Source of the DNA: a virus
Taxonomy: Duplodnaviria > Caudoviricetes
Virus record (IMG/VR): IMGVR_UViG_3300037420_001397
Coordinates: 559-64,558 of that record
DNA: 64,000 nt
Direction: 5' to 3' (one strand)
The stretch's first letter is position 1. Every line of letters starts with the position of its first letter. Both the position numbers and the translations under genes were made by a program. The notes under the pieces were generated by a model. The model saw nothing but the letters and a program-made list of their open reading frames with translations. It searched no databases and was not told where the DNA came from. Of the stretch, positions 36,846 through 45,896 are shown piece after piece.

Positions 36846-37259
36846 TTGATGGCGATGGAATCCTGCAACCAGGGCTGCCCCGCCGGCGTGTGCGAGCTGG
36901 CCGCCAGGGGCCAGGGCTATGCATGTTCGAAGCGCGCGATCAAGTCGGCCGCGCAGCAGGGATGGGAGCGCGAGTGCGCTGACGCCGATCAACTGCTGCG
37001 CCTACTGGGCTTCGAACCCGACCGCTGCCGCACCGAGGCCGGCTCACTGAACCTGCCGCTGCTGCGCGACGCGCTGCGCACGCGCGACGAGCAGCCCACC
37101 CCCATCGGCTGGACCTGGACCTACATGGGCATGCGCCACTTCACAGGCAGCCGCGAAGTCGCCGAGCAGATCGCCGCCACGGCCGCGGAGCTTGCGCAGC
37201 CTGTGGAGGTGTTGCCGGTGGGGGTTGTGGGCGCAGCTATCGGCAAGGGAGGTGCGTGA
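36846..37259 (+). CDS. Hypothetical protein
   Basis: Coupled ORF. Confidence 0.55.
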   Translation: MMAMESCNQGCPAGVCELAARGQGYACSKRAIKSAAQQGWERECADADQLLRLLGFEPDRCRTEAGSLNLPLLRDALRTRDEQPTPIGWTWTYMGMRHFTGSREVAEQIAATAAELAQPVEVLPVGVVGAAIGKGGA

Positions 37260-37401
37260 TGCGCTGGCCCTTCTTCAACTGGAACTGGATCGCCGAAGCC
37301 ATCGAGCGCCTGGCCGTGTCGCTGGCGTGCTGGGCCCTGGGCTGGCATCGCAACACGCTGCAGCGGGTGGAGGCGGATTGGGCGTGGCGGAGGGCGGCGG
37401 C

Positions 37402-37719
37402 ATGAGGTGCAGCATCGGAGACCTGTGCATTGTGGTCGCCGACCGGACGAATCCGGCCAACGCTGGCGCTTTGGTTCGCGTGCTGGCTGCCGCAGACAAC
37501 GATTACTTCGATGTCGATCAGGACTGGGAAGTTGAGGCGCTGACCACATTGCGCTACCCGACGGCCCCAGAGCCATACCTTCAAACCGTTCTGCCGGGCG
37601 AGATCGCTGGATTCCTAGATCGAGAGCTGAGGCCGCTGCGCGACAACGACGGCGAGGATGAAGTGCTTCGCATCGCGGGAAAGCCTTGCGTGTGGCTGGA
37701 GCTGGAGGGTCTGCTGTGA
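37402..37719 (+). CDS. SH3/KOW-like paralog 1
   Basis: MRCSIGDLC...LRPLRDNDGEDEVLRIAGKP. Confidence 0.7.
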   Translation: MRCSIGDLCIVVADRTNPANAGALVRVLAAADNDYFDVDQDWEVEALTTLRYPTAPEPYLQTVLPGEIAGFLDRELRPLRDNDGEDEVLRIAGKPCVWLELEGLL

Positions 37720-38063
37720 AGCTCAACTGCAAACCGGGTGATTTGGCGGTTCTCGTGCGCTCGAAGTTTGGGGAGAACATCGGCAAGTTGTGCACGGTGC
37801 AGCAGCCGTACTGTGATGGGGAGTGGTTTGTAGAATTTTTCTTGCCGATCGCTTGGGCGTCAGATGTGCTCGGCGGCCCAGGGGCTGTCGGCCGTCATGG
37901 CGTATGCCCGGATGCATGGCTGCGCCCGATACGCGGCCATGAAGGTGAGGACGAGGCTCTCCGCCTCGCCGGCAAACCCAAGTCCGCCGAAGACCTCGCC
38001 GTGCGCATCAGCACGCTGCGCGAGGAGTTCGACGAGGCTTGCAGGAAGGCGGTGGTGTCGTGA
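37716..38063 (+). CDS. SH3/KOW-like paralog 2
   Basis: MKLNCKPGDLA...PDAWLRPIRGHEGEDEALRLAGKP. Confidence 0.75.
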   Translation: MKLNCKPGDLAVLVRSKFGENIGKLCTVQQPYCDGEWFVEFFLPIAWASDVLGGPGAVGRHGVCPDAWLRPIRGHEGEDEALRLAGKPKSAEDLAVRISTLREEFDEACRKAVVS

Positions 38064-38365
38064 AGCTCAATTGCAAACCCGGCGACAAGGCTAGGCTCAT
38101 CCAGTGCAACCCTGGCTGCGAGGCGCTGTTGGGTAGCATCGTGCGCGTCAAGGAGACATGGGAATACAAGGGCAACGCCTGCTGGTGGATCAAGACGCCT
38201 ATCCACTTCCGGCTGCCTCACCATGTGCTGCAGGACGGCGTTGTTCATGAAGCTGGGAGAGTGGTCTGGATGGCCGCATTTCCCGATGCGTGGCTGCAGC
38301 CACTGCCTGCTGATGACGACTCCAGGGAAACCACGCTCGTGTGGCCAAAGGAGTGTCGGGCATGA
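38060..38365 (+). CDS. SH3/KOW-like paralog 3
   Basis: MKLNCKPGDKA...PDAWLQPL. Confidence 0.75.
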   Translation: MKLNCKPGDKARLIQCNPGCEALLGSIVRVKETWEYKGNACWWIKTPIHFRLPHHVLQDGVVHEAGRVVWMAAFPDAWLQPLPADDDSRETTLVWPKECRA

Positions 38366-38525
38366 AGGTCCGTCAACTCAAGAAGCGCAAGGCCGCCGCC
38401 ATGCTCGCTGGCGTGCGCATCAACTTCGAGCTGCACGGGGTTGCGGCCGCGCTGTTTGCGCGCCTGACGCAGCCGCAGCGCGAAAGCCTCGTGGACCGGG
38501 CGCTGCGGCGGTATGTGAGGCAGGC

Positions 38526-38990
38526 ATGAGCATCCTCGCCCTGGACCCTGGCCCGACCGAGACCGGCTGGTGCGTGCTGCGAGACGGTCGCGTCGCCGAG
38601 AGCGGTGTCGTGGACAACGTGCTGCTGATCGGTGTGATGCAGCGCGGCCTCTACCGCGATCACCAGCTCGCCATCGAGATGATCGCCAGCTATGGCATGG
38701 CTGTCGGCGCGGAGGTGTTCGAGACCTGTGTGTGGATCGGCCGCTTCGTGCAGGCATGGCACGCACCGCAGGACGTGCGCCGCATCACGCGCAAGGCGGT
38801 GAAGCTGCACCTGTGCGGCACCACGAAGGCCAAGGACCCGAACGTGCGCCAGGCGCTCATCGACAAGTTCGGACCCGGCAAGGAGCTGGCCGTCGGCGTG
38901 AAGGCGCGACCCGGCCCGCTGTACGGCATCAAGTCGCACGCGTGGGCCGCGCTGGCGGTTGCCGTGACTGCGCATGAGGTGAAGGCATGA
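38526..38990 (+). CDS. RuvC-like Holliday junction resolvase
   Basis: ILALDPG...LAIE...HAWAALAVA. Confidence 0.85.
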   Translation: MSILALDPGPTETGWCVLRDGRVAESGVVDNVLLIGVMQRGLYRDHQLAIEMIASYGMAVGAEVFETCVWIGRFVQAWHAPQDVRRITRKAVKLHLCGTTKAKDPNVRQALIDKFGPGKELAVGVKARPGPLYGIKSHAWAALAVAVTAHEVKA

Positions 38991-39244
38991 AACACGCCCG
39001 CCGCCCCACCAGCCGCGCCGCGAACACCGCCCAAGGCATGCAGCGCGTCCCGAGGTTGCCGCCGTGGAAAGTGGACGAACTGCTGGGCGCCAAGCCCGCA
39101 CCTACGCCACACGAAGAGGAAATGGCCCGCCGCCGCGCCGAGTTCGCGGCCGAGAACAAGCGCCTGGCCGAAGCCGCACGCCAGCGCATGGAGCAGCAGC
39201 GGCAGGACACAGCGGCGTTGACGCGCCAAGGAGCCGACCAGTGA
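38987..39244 (+). CDS. Hypothetical protein
   Basis: Coupled ORF. Confidence 0.5.
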   Translation: MKHARRPTSRAANTAQGMQRVPRLPPWKVDELLGAKPAPTPHEEEMARRRAEFAAENKRLAEAARQRMEQQRQDTAALTRQGADQ

Positions 39245-39675
39245 GGACGTACAAGGACTACGACGGCGAAGAACACGCCGTGTGGGAGCTTTCGGATTTA
39301 GTTGGCATGACGATGACCAGCATGGAGCAGGGCAAGAACGACGACGGCAACGATGCCCTAGTCTTCGTGAACAGCGACGGGCGCAAGTTCGCGCTTGGTC
39401 ATAGCCAAAGCTGCTGCGAGAGCGTTGACATCGAGAGCATTGTTGGCGATCTCGCGGACCTCGTTGGCGAGCCGATCCTGTTGGCCGAGGAGGTGACGCA
39501 CGAAGGCACGAACCCTGAAGGCGTGCCGGTGCCGGAGCGCCAGGAGTACCAGGACAGCTTCACCTGGACCTTCTACAAGTTCGCTACGCGCAAGGGCTAT
39601 GTGGACGTGCGCTTCTACGGCGCAAGCAATGGCTACTACAGCGAGTCGGTGAACCTCGAAGAGATGACGCAATGA
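39241..39675 (+). CDS. Conserved phage protein
   Basis: HSQSCCESVDIE...TWTFYKFAT..GYVDVRFYGASNGYYSE. Confidence 0.8.
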   Translation: MRTYKDYDGEEHAVWELSDLVGMTMTSMEQGKNDDGNDALVFVNSDGRKFALGHSQSCCESVDIESIVGDLADLVGEPILLAEEVTHEGTNPEGVPVPERQEYQDSFTWTFYKFATRKGYVDVRFYGASNGYYSESVNLEEMTQ

Positions 39676-40130
39676 GCTGGTTCAACCGCCTCCTCGTTTC
39701 CCTGAAACTTCGCAGGCCGCAGCCGCGGCGCCAAGCCGCGATCGAGCCGCCCAATGGCTGGCCAAGGCCCGCGCCGCGCGACGACGACACGCTCCCCTTC
39801 GTCCACCGTCACGCCGTGACGATCCCGCTGTCGCAGATCCCGACGCGGCCGAGGCGCACGGTGCAGCTGCATGCGGTGCCGGGCGGCCGGGACAACCCAA
39901 TGGGCGATCCGTGGGTGCCGCCTGGGGTCTATGGGGCGGCTGCGGCGCAGGTGGAGGGCAGCGAGGCGCCCGCGCCGATGTTCCGGGCTGGCGGAGGCGG
40001 CGAGTTCTCCGGCGGTGGTGCCGATGCCTCGTGGAAGACCGATGGCGACAGCGGCTGCAGCTCCAGCGACAGCAGCAGCGACTCGGGGAGCGACAGCGGA
40101 TCGTCTGGTGGTTGCGGAGGGAGTGACTGA
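39672..40130 (+). CDS. Hypothetical protein with Gly/Ser-rich tail
   Basis: GGGGEFSGGGADASW...SSSDSSSDSG. Confidence 0.65.
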   Translation: MSWFNRLLVSLKLRRPQPRRQAAIEPPNGWPRPAPRDDDTLPFVHRHAVTIPLSQIPTRPRRTVQLHAVPGGRDNPMGDPWVPPGVYGAAAAQVEGSEAPAPMFRAGGGGEFSGGGADASWKTDGDSGCSSSDSSSDSGSDSGSSGGCGGSD

Positions 40131-40365
40131 TGCGCCTCGCCCAAATGTTGAAGCTCTATGCCACCGCGATCAACGGCATGTCCCTCGCCCGCATCGCCTC
40201 CGAGATCGACGCGCCCGCGCAGCAGCTGCAGGCCTGGATCAACGGCGACGAGACGGCGCTATGCGCGCGGCAGTTCGCGCGGCTGCAGTGCTGGTGCTTC
40301 TCGCGGGTGGCGAAGCGGGAGGTTCTGCGCGATGCCGCGCCAGCGGACAGTGAAGGCGGTGAAGC

Positions 40366-40590
40366 ATGAGCCTCGACGCCAAAACCTCCCGCCTGACCAA
40401 GTTCGGCACCGTGACCATCCACCCGAAAGCCGAGGGCGGCGTGCAGATCGTCGCCGAGGGCTTCGAGGGCACGAACTGCAGCTGCCGCGACGTTGCTGTG
40501 TTCGCTTGCATGTGGGCCATCGGTGAGCTGCAGCGCGAGGTCATGCGGACCATCGAGGCGCCCGGTGGCGACTCCATCGTGGTGGACTGA
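40366..40590 (+). CDS. Hypothetical protein
   Basis: Coupled ORF. Confidence 0.55.
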   Translation: MSLDAKTSRLTKFGTVTIHPKAEGGVQIVAEGFEGTNCSCRDVAVFACMWAIGELQREVMRTIEAPGGDSIVVD

Positions 40591-40786
40591 TGGACGCGAC
40601 AACGAGCCTTGCGGGTGCCGTGACCATCCTCGTCGAAGGCAAGCCACTCCCCGACTGCCGCCTGTGTCGCCACTACAGCTTCAAGGGCTGCGGTAGCGTG
40701 ACGGTGTGCAGCTTGGGTTCCAACTTCGTGCCGGCCACGCCGGTGCGGTTCTATCCACTTCGGCCGTTGGCTGGGAGTCAGAAGAC

Positions 40787-41056
40787 GTGAGCAAGGTCAC
40801 GCTCGACATGGGGCGCATCAGCGTGCTGGCTGCCTTGGTGTTCTTCGTTGGGGCCATCTGGTTCGCAATCAAGGAAAGCCGCGAGTGGGATGTCTATGCC
40901 GCCGAGCACCATTGCCGCGAGGTGTCGCGCGTGTGGCGCGGTGTGCTGCCGCAGCTCATGCCGAGCCCGGCTGGGAACGGGCAGATGACTCTGCAGATGG
41001 TGGACCAAGGCGATGAGGTCACCTACCACTGTGACAACGGAGTAATCAAGCGATGA
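40787..41056 (+). CDS. Membrane-anchored hypothetical protein
   Basis: N-terminal TM segment; C...C ectodomain. Confidence 0.6.
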   Translation: MSKVTLDMGRISVLAALVFFVGAIWFAIKESREWDVYAAEHHCREVSRVWRGVLPQLMPSPAGNGQMTLQMVDQGDEVTYHCDNGVIKR

Positions 41057-41502
41057 GCAAGACCGTGAAGCGCGTGCTGTGGCAGCGCACGTTGGAGACC
41101 GCTGGGCCGTTGCGCAAGGCGTTGCCGAAGGCGCCCACGCGTCGCAGCATCTCGGAGCTGCTGAGCGTCAACGTGCGATTCGACGCGAGCGCAGCGGAGG
41201 CTCAGCTGGCCCAGTGGCGTCGCGCCATGGATCATGTGGGGGAGCGAGGGTATCGGCAGGCCAAGCGGACGATGCTCTTCGGCATGGACTTCGCGCAGGG
41301 TGGTGTGCTGGACCAGACGGTGGTGCGCCTGGTGGGCGAGGCCGGGCCCGAGTTGCGGCTGACGATCCCGGCTGGCGCGCTGAAGGTGGGCAAGCCGGTG
41401 GGCTTTAGCCAGTACGCCGACCTATTCCTGTTGGCGCTGCCGCAGATGGTGCGCGAGATCAATGAGGCCTCTGGAGGGCGTGATGCCGACGATCAAGATT
41501 GA
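41053..41502 (+). CDS. Hypothetical protein
   Basis: Coupled ORF. Confidence 0.5.
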   Translation: MSKTVKRVLWQRTLETAGPLRKALPKAPTRRSISELLSVNVRFDASAAEAQLAQWRRAMDHVGERGYRQAKRTMLFGMDFAQGGVLDQTVVRLVGEAGPELRLTIPAGALKVGKPVGFSQYADLFLLALPQMVREINEASGGRDADDQD

Positions 41503-41839
41503 GGAAGTGATCCGCCGCGAGGTGGAGGTCGAAGTGCAGTTCCCGGTCTACAGCCAGTACGACCACCTGCTGGACGAAGTCGACGTTGTTGAGTTTCGAC
41601 GCTGGGATGCGGATGGCACGCTCTGGACGATCATGCGCAGGCGCGGTTTTGGCTGGCATGGCACCTCGGACGGATTCGAGATCAGCAAAGCGAAGCTTGT
41701 ATTGAACGGGGTGCATCGCGGGGACAGCAGGCGGCTCCTAGGCCTGGGCGATCACGCATGCACGGCGGCCGAGTTCAACGCGGTGCTGCGCGAGGCATGG
41801 GAGTTCCTGGCTGGCATCGACGGGCTGAAGGTGAAGTGA
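41483..41839 (+). CDS. Hypothetical protein
   Basis: Coupled ORF. Confidence 0.55.
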   Translation: MPTIKIEEVIRREVEVEVQFPVYSQYDHLLDEVDVVEFRRWDADGTLWTIMRRRGFGWHGTSDGFEISKAKLVLNGVHRGDSRRLLGLGDHACTAAEFNAVLREAWEFLAGIDGLKVK

Positions 41840-42255
41840 TGGCGATGTACCGCGTTGATGAGCTGGACGGTGCACTGCTGGATGCGGCTGTCGCCAAGGC
41901 CGAAGGGCTGCGGTACGCCGTGGAGTTCTTTGCGATCAAGAACCCGGACCCGGAGCGGCACATGACCTGTTGGCTTCTTGGCCAGGAAGGTAAGCCGGAC
42001 TTCAAGCGCCCGTATTCGCCTTCGCAGGACGAGCGCGGCGACAAGATCATCGACCGCGAGCACATCGCCGCGATATTCCTTGAAGAGCAGTGGCGCGCGT
42101 GGATGCCAGAGGCCGGGAACTTTGACGGGTACGACCCTGGGTGCTGGCTGTTTGAGCAGTGCGCCACCCAGGCGCACGGAAGCGGCCCGACGCGGCGTGT
42201 GGCCGCGATGCGGGCATTCGTGTGCAAGAAGCTCGGCAAGGAGATCGACCTGTGA
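41839..42255 (+). CDS. NinX/DUF2591-like protein
   Basis: LDGALLDAAVAKAEG...YSPS...IIDRE...AAMRAFV. Confidence 0.75.
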   Translation: MAMYRVDELDGALLDAAVAKAEGLRYAVEFFAIKNPDPERHMTCWLLGQEGKPDFKRPYSPSQDERGDKIIDREHIAAIFLEEQWRAWMPEAGNFDGYDPGCWLFEQCATQAHGSGPTRRVAAMRAFVCKKLGKEIDL

Positions 42256-42491
42256 ACCAAGCCCTTGCCGTCCAGCAGCTGCGCGAGCGACGCGTCGAAC
42301 TTGAGACGCAGCTTGTCGCCGCCATCGCGCCGCTGCTCACGAAATTCCGCGCCGACACCGGCTTGACGCCGTCGTGCGTGGACGTGCGCATGCATCAGCT
42401 TTGGCCGCTTGGTGACGCACATCCGTACCATGTGCTCGAATCGGTGCGGGTCACGTTGGACCTTTGACTACGCAACTCAGGAGCAGAGACC

Positions 42492-43076
42492 GTGCAAGGC
42501 GTTTTCCAGTCAGTGGGGCAAGCCCTGCATGTGAGTTTTCTGCTCGAAGTGCTGCCTGTCACCCAACAGACCAGCACACAGATCCTCATCGATGGGTTGC
42601 GCAAGCGCTGCGGTGTATGGGATGACCAGCGTGCGCCGAGCACGATCAACTTCAGTGGCTTGAGTCCGCTGGAGGTGCGCGGGCAGTGCGCGCTGGTGCG
42701 GGCGACGGTGCAGGACCATTTGCCGAGCCCGGAGCGCGATGCCATCTACGCCCGCTTCGGGCATCAGACGGTGAAGGCTCATGGCGTGCGCGGCCTGGCC
42801 GAGTACATCGGGCCGCTGGCTGGCGTGCAGCACCAGATGGCGCTGCTGGCTGTGACCTGGAGCATGTACCAGCCGGCCAAGCGCGTGCAGGACCGCTGGA
42901 GCTTCCGCGCCATCGAAGAGGAGACGGGCGTCAGCAAGAGTCAGCTGCACCGGGCTGCGCAGGTGATCCGTCAGCAGGCTCAGGCGTTGGAGCGGCGGGC
43001 GGACGAGCGGCTGACGGTGCTCTTTGAGGAGACGGAGCTGGTGGTGCGGGAGGAAAGGGATGTGCAGTCGGCGTGA
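42492..43076 (+). CDS. Late-gene antiterminator candidate (Q position)
   Basis: Last early-right gene before the late promoter; C-terminal HTH-like SFRAIEEETGVSKSQLHR. Confidence 0.6.
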   Translation: MQGVFQSVGQALHVSFLLEVLPVTQQTSTQILIDGLRKRCGVWDDQRAPSTINFSGLSPLEVRGQCALVRATVQDHLPSPERDAIYARFGHQTVKAHGVRGLAEYIGPLAGVQHQMALLAVTWSMYQPAKRVQDRWSFRAIEEETGVSKSQLHRAAQVIRQQAQALERRADERLTVLFEETELVVREERDVQSA

Positions 43077-43143
43077 ATGTGCCGCAGGGGTGGCACGCGG
43101 ATGGGCGGTGTCCGCCGGAGTGCCTCTATTTGTAGGTCATGGC

Positions 43144-43159
43144 ATGTATATTTATACAG
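43144..43159 (+). promoter_or_regulatory. LexA (SOS) box-like site
   Basis: ATGTATATTTATACAG versus CTGT-N8-ACAG; mismatch at the conserved first C. Confidence 0.4.
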
Positions 43160-43209
43160 GTCATCGCTTCCATGTGCAGTAGCCAAGCAACGAATCTGCA
43201 ATTTTTCTC

Positions 43210-43238
43210 TTGATTTTGCAGAAGCCCAAAGCCATACT
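43210..43238 (+). promoter_or_regulatory. Moron sigma70 promoter
   Basis: TTGATT-N17-CATACT upstream of a GGAGG RBS. Confidence 0.55.
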
Positions 43239-43261
43239 GGCAACCCAACATGGAGGTGGGA

Positions 43262-43873
43262 ATGCCTTTGCCGGATCAATCGAGAGTCTCTTCAACACTG
43301 AAGTCGCGCGAGGGTGTGCTCGCCGACGTCGTATTGAAGGCTTGGGAGCGATGGACCAAGAATCCAGAGGGGCCACAGCTCTATCGTCGGAATCGGTCAG
43401 GCTTGGTGCATAACTACATGATGTTGGATGCAACAGTGAGGCTTGGTGAGGAGCCTGGCATCCAAGTATTGGAAGCGCACGAAACCGCTTACTTCTTCGT
43501 CGATGATCATCTGGTCGTCAGATTCAAGAAGGGCGATGACAGGGGCCTGAGTAGCAACATCCCAACGCAAGCGGCACTTGCATTTAATGATCCCAATGAA
43601 AGCCTGAAGCTTTTTGATCTGCCCGATGTGACGCGCGTTGATGTCGTTTACCGACTCAACGACCTTGAAACCAAGATCAAGGACATCCTGGTCGTCGCTC
43701 GACACGACGAAAAGATCCTTTGGTCCTATCCGATTTATGAGGCTGGCGCAAGCTCCGCAGCGCCTACCGTTCAATTGCCCGTTGCGCCTATCGAACCGCC
43801 TGCTGCAGACAGTGGCCTGCGGGTGCCGGGGCGTGGCCTGGGCGAAGAGCAACGCAAAGATGGAACCGGCTAA
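43262..43873 (+). CDS. Uncharacterised protein, putative toxin partner
   Basis: AT-richer; RFKKGD...SSNIPTQ; overlaps the HTH-ImmA gene. Confidence 0.75.
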   Translation: MPLPDQSRVSSTLKSREGVLADVVLKAWERWTKNPEGPQLYRRNRSGLVHNYMMLDATVRLGEEPGIQVLEAHETAYFFVDDHLVVRFKKGDDRGLSSNIPTQAALAFNDPNESLKLFDLPDVTRVDVVYRLNDLETKIKDILVVARHDEKILWSYPIYEAGASSAAPTVQLPVAPIEPPAADSGLRVPGRGLGEEQRKDGTG

Positions 43874-44966
43874 GACTGCCCGCCCACTGGAGTTCAATGG
43901 CGAAATGTTTCGCCTGGGACGCCAGTTCCGCGGCATCACGCAGCGTGAACTGGCCGCTGCTGTAAGTGCGGAGCCCTCATCGATCTCACGGATCGAGAAT
44001 GGGCTCAACTCCCCAACATCCGACTTAGTGGAGGCGGTGGCTCGTCGGCTTGAGTTGCCTGTTACGTTCTTTTGTCAGCCCGAGCGCCCGTATGGTTTGC
44101 CGATGAGCGTGCACCCAATGTGGCGTTCTAAGGCTGCCGTGTCCCAGCATAGCGTTGACCAGGCGCTCGCGGAGCTGAATCTGCGCATCATGCATGTGCG
44201 TCGGCTACTGCGGTCGCTTGAGTTTGAGCCGGTGCTACCTCTACCCGAGTTTGATGTTGCAACTCACGACGGCAACGTTGAGGAGATTGCCGCCAAGGTC
44301 CGCCGCGCATGGATGATGCCGGCGGGGCCTGTGCACGACTTGGTTCAGTGGATCGAGCGTGCAGGTTGCTTTGTCATGCTTGTCGATCTCCCGGATGCAG
44401 CTATGGCTGGTGTCACGCTACGCGTGCCAGACATGCGTCCATGTATCTTCGTCAATCGGTCCATGCCTGCGGATCGACAACGATTTACGCTGGCACATGA
44501 ACTGGGGCATTTGGTCATGCACCGGTACCCATCGGAAGATATGGAGAACGAAGCCAATGCTTTTGCTGCCGCTTTTCTGATGCCTGCGCATGATATTGCT
44601 CCTTACTTCGCCGGCAAGAAAATTGACCTGCGATTGCTTGCAGCTCTGAAGCCGGAGTGGCGGGTTGCCATGCAGTCGCTGCTCTACCGAGCGGGCACGT
44701 TGGGGTACATCAACGAAAACCAGAAGCGTTATCTATGGCAGCAATTCAGCGTAAAGAAGATGCGGATGCGAGAACCTCCGGAGCTTGATTTCCCTGCCGA
44801 ACATCCGAGTCTTGTACCGAAGTTGTTTACTTTGCATATGCAGCACCTCGGATATTCGCTCTCCGATATGGCTGGAGTCGCCGCGCTGTATGAGGACGAA
44901 TTGGTTCGTCTGTACGGTTTGGAGTCGCCATCTTCAGTGAGGCGACCTCAGTTGCGTGTGGTTTGA
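43860..44966 (+). CDS. XRE-HTH plus ImmA/IrrE (M78) metallopeptidase
   Basis: TQRELAAAV...SISRIENG HTH; RQRFTLAHELGHLVMH; E.EANAFAAAFLMP. Confidence 0.93.
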   Translation: MEPAKTARPLEFNGEMFRLGRQFRGITQRELAAAVSAEPSSISRIENGLNSPTSDLVEAVARRLELPVTFFCQPERPYGLPMSVHPMWRSKAAVSQHSVDQALAELNLRIMHVRRLLRSLEFEPVLPLPEFDVATHDGNVEEIAAKVRRAWMMPAGPVHDLVQWIERAGCFVMLVDLPDAAMAGVTLRVPDMRPCIFVNRSMPADRQRFTLAHELGHLVMHRYPSEDMENEANAFAAAFLMPAHDIAPYFAGKKIDLRLLAALKPEWRVAMQSLLYRAGTLGYINENQKRYLWQQFSVKKMRMREPPELDFPAEHPSLVPKLFTLHMQHLGYSLSDMAGVAALYEDELVRLYGLESPSSVRRPQLRVV

Positions 44967-44995
44967 AGTACACCAAGTAAAGGTCTGCAGGAGGA

Positions 44996-45280
44996 ATGGT
45001 GAGTGATGACGCAACTCCGGATTGGAAGGTTCGACTTCTTGAATACGCCGAAACTCTTGCTGCAGTGAAGGGTGAGGCGTACGTAGACCGCATGCAACTC
45101 TGGGCGCGCATCTGCTTGATGGCGGCGACCCATGTTCCAGATAACGAGCAAGCCGAGGTGCTCCAAACGCTTGTTGAACTGGGGCTGACGCTTGGCTTGG
45201 AAGGCAAGGACGTTAAAGCCATGCTTGAACTCGTCGTGCGCGCCAAGAGCGACCTTAGACGGGGACGGGCAAGCCGATAA
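44996..45280 (+). CDS. Hypothetical protein
   Basis: AGGAGG RBS; third gene of the moron. Confidence 0.65.
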   Translation: MVSDDATPDWKVRLLEYAETLAAVKGEAYVDRMQLWARICLMAATHVPDNEQAEVLQTLVELGLTLGLEGKDVKAMLELVVRAKSDLRRGRASR

Positions 45281-45320
45281 CGCTGCAAAGCATAGGTCGG
45301 GTGCAAACCTTACAAAACGC

Positions 45321-45349
45321 TTGACGCCCTGGGACAGAGACGGTAGAAA
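45321..45349 (+). promoter_or_regulatory. Late promoter (PR'-like)
   Basis: TTGACG-N17-TAGAAA, followed closely by a terminator. Confidence 0.7.
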
Positions 45350-45389
45350 CGCGCCATCTTTGGGGAACTTCCCTCAGGGAATACACGAG

Positions 45390-45415
45390 GCCCGCCACGA
45401 GCGGGCTTTTTCGTT
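45390..45415 (+). terminator. tR'-like terminator
   Basis: gcccgc-cacga-gcgggc-tttttcgttt. Confidence 0.8.
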
Positions 45416-45421
45416 TCCGGT

Positions 45422-45509
45422 GCGGACGTAGCTCAGTTGGCAGAGCAGCCCCAGGGTCAGCCAAGGCCAGCGGGGAAGGTCGCCGGTTCGAGTCCGGCCG
45501 TCCGCGCCC
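45422..45509 (+). ncRNA. tRNA-like element with an expanded anticodon loop
   Basis: 7-bp acceptor stem GCGGACG/CGTCCGC; D arm GCTC/GAGC; T arm GCCGG-TTCGAGT-CCGGC; anticodon stem encloses 19 nt; no encoded CCA. Confidence 0.75.
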
Positions 45510-45517
45510 TTTGATCC

Positions 45518-45799
45518 ATGGCCACAGAGCGAATCCGGGGCCGCAGGCTCACGCGCTTTCGTGAGCAGTACCTGCGGCTGCACCCGCTGTGCGCCGCGTG
45601 CGAGCGCAAGGGCCGGCTCAGCGTGGCCACGCAGCTGGACCACAAAGTGGCCCTGACCAATGGTGGCAAGGACTTCGACGAGGACCCGGACAACGCCCAG
45701 GGTCTGTGTGACGACTGCCACAAGGCGAAGACCAGGCGGGACCTGGGGCAGAGGCCGCGGCGGACGATCGGGCTGGATGGCTGGCCGGTCGAGGGGTAG
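45518..45799 (+). CDS. Packaging-associated HNH endonuclease
   Basis: PLCAAC...DHK...QGLCDDCHKAKT. Confidence 0.9.
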   Translation: MATERIRGRRLTRFREQYLRLHPLCAACERKGRLSVATQLDHKVALTNGGKDFDEDPDNAQGLCDDCHKAKTRRDLGQRPRRTIGLDGWPVEG

Positions 45800-45896
45800 G
45801 GGCGGGTCCGATCCTCATGACCTGCCAGGCGGGAACCAGCCGGTACCCTCCGTGTGCACGCCCGCGAAATGGGGCGATTTTTTCGGGACGTGAGAA

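Noticed and set aside
15825-38529. Shared MK[LV]RQLKK start of the ORFs at 16067 and 38362
   Set aside because: Similarity is limited to eight residues, too short to call paralogy
45422-45509. Functional decoding tRNA
   Set aside because: No 7-nt anticodon loop and no encoded CCA; reported as tRNA-like instead
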